This document shows positions 63,721 through 64,000 of a DNA stretch of 64,000 bases, in pieces; the first letter of the stretch is position 1, and every line of letters starts with the position of its first letter. The position numbers and the translations under genes were made by a program. Under the pieces are notes generated by a model. That model was not told the origin of the DNA. It worked only from the letters and a program-made list of their open reading frames with translations, and made no database searches. Source of the stretch: Octopus vulgaris (Eukaryota); the NCBI GenBank assembly GCA_951406725.2, contig OX597822.1:21700001-21764000 (forward strand). The letters run 5' to 3'.

Positions 63721-64000
63721 ATCAAGTAAAAAGTTTTGTTAGCTTGTTGATTAATGATAATAACTAAATTAGTAAAATGTAAGGGATTACCCCCAAAACA
63801 ATGACCAGTTTGCTCTCAGTTAGGTATTGAAAATATGTTATTCAACAGTTAACATATAAATCGAATGAAGTTCTTATAAGATAAAAAGTTAGTGGAATAT
63901 TCTGTTGCATAATTCTGAATATATTTCCTTAACCATACAGGTTTCCTGGAGTATAAATATTGACAATATTAAAAATAAGGATTACTCAGAAGTTGCAATA

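Overview
AT-rich, repeat-dense eukaryotic DNA with no prokaryotic gene structure. The SINE, RTE and microsatellite landscape resembles an octopus or other coleoid cephalopod genome; this is recalled from the repeat families, not verified. Nearly all ORFs in the supplied track are microsatellite or transposon artefacts. The window contains: (1) Tc1/mariner DNA transposons, namely a nearly intact DD34D mariner, a decayed full-length mariner, two copies of a Tc1-type element with DD36E spacing, and maT- and pogo-like remnants; (2) RTE and CR1 LINE fragments and many tRNA-derived SINEs; (3) a dense set of Penelope-like element (PLE) remnants with fold-back or tandem architecture, carrying about a dozen sequence-distinct minimal type-I hammerhead ribozyme motifs with palindromic stem III, including apparent core variants G3-C8, U3-A8, U6 and C4; (4) a phase-consistent chain of small + strand exons (29355, 47337, 50260, 53155) that looks like the 3' end of an unidentified host gene with very long introns, whose last exon and 3' flank are partly duplicated. 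All structures were read by eye; no folding, alignment or database search was run.
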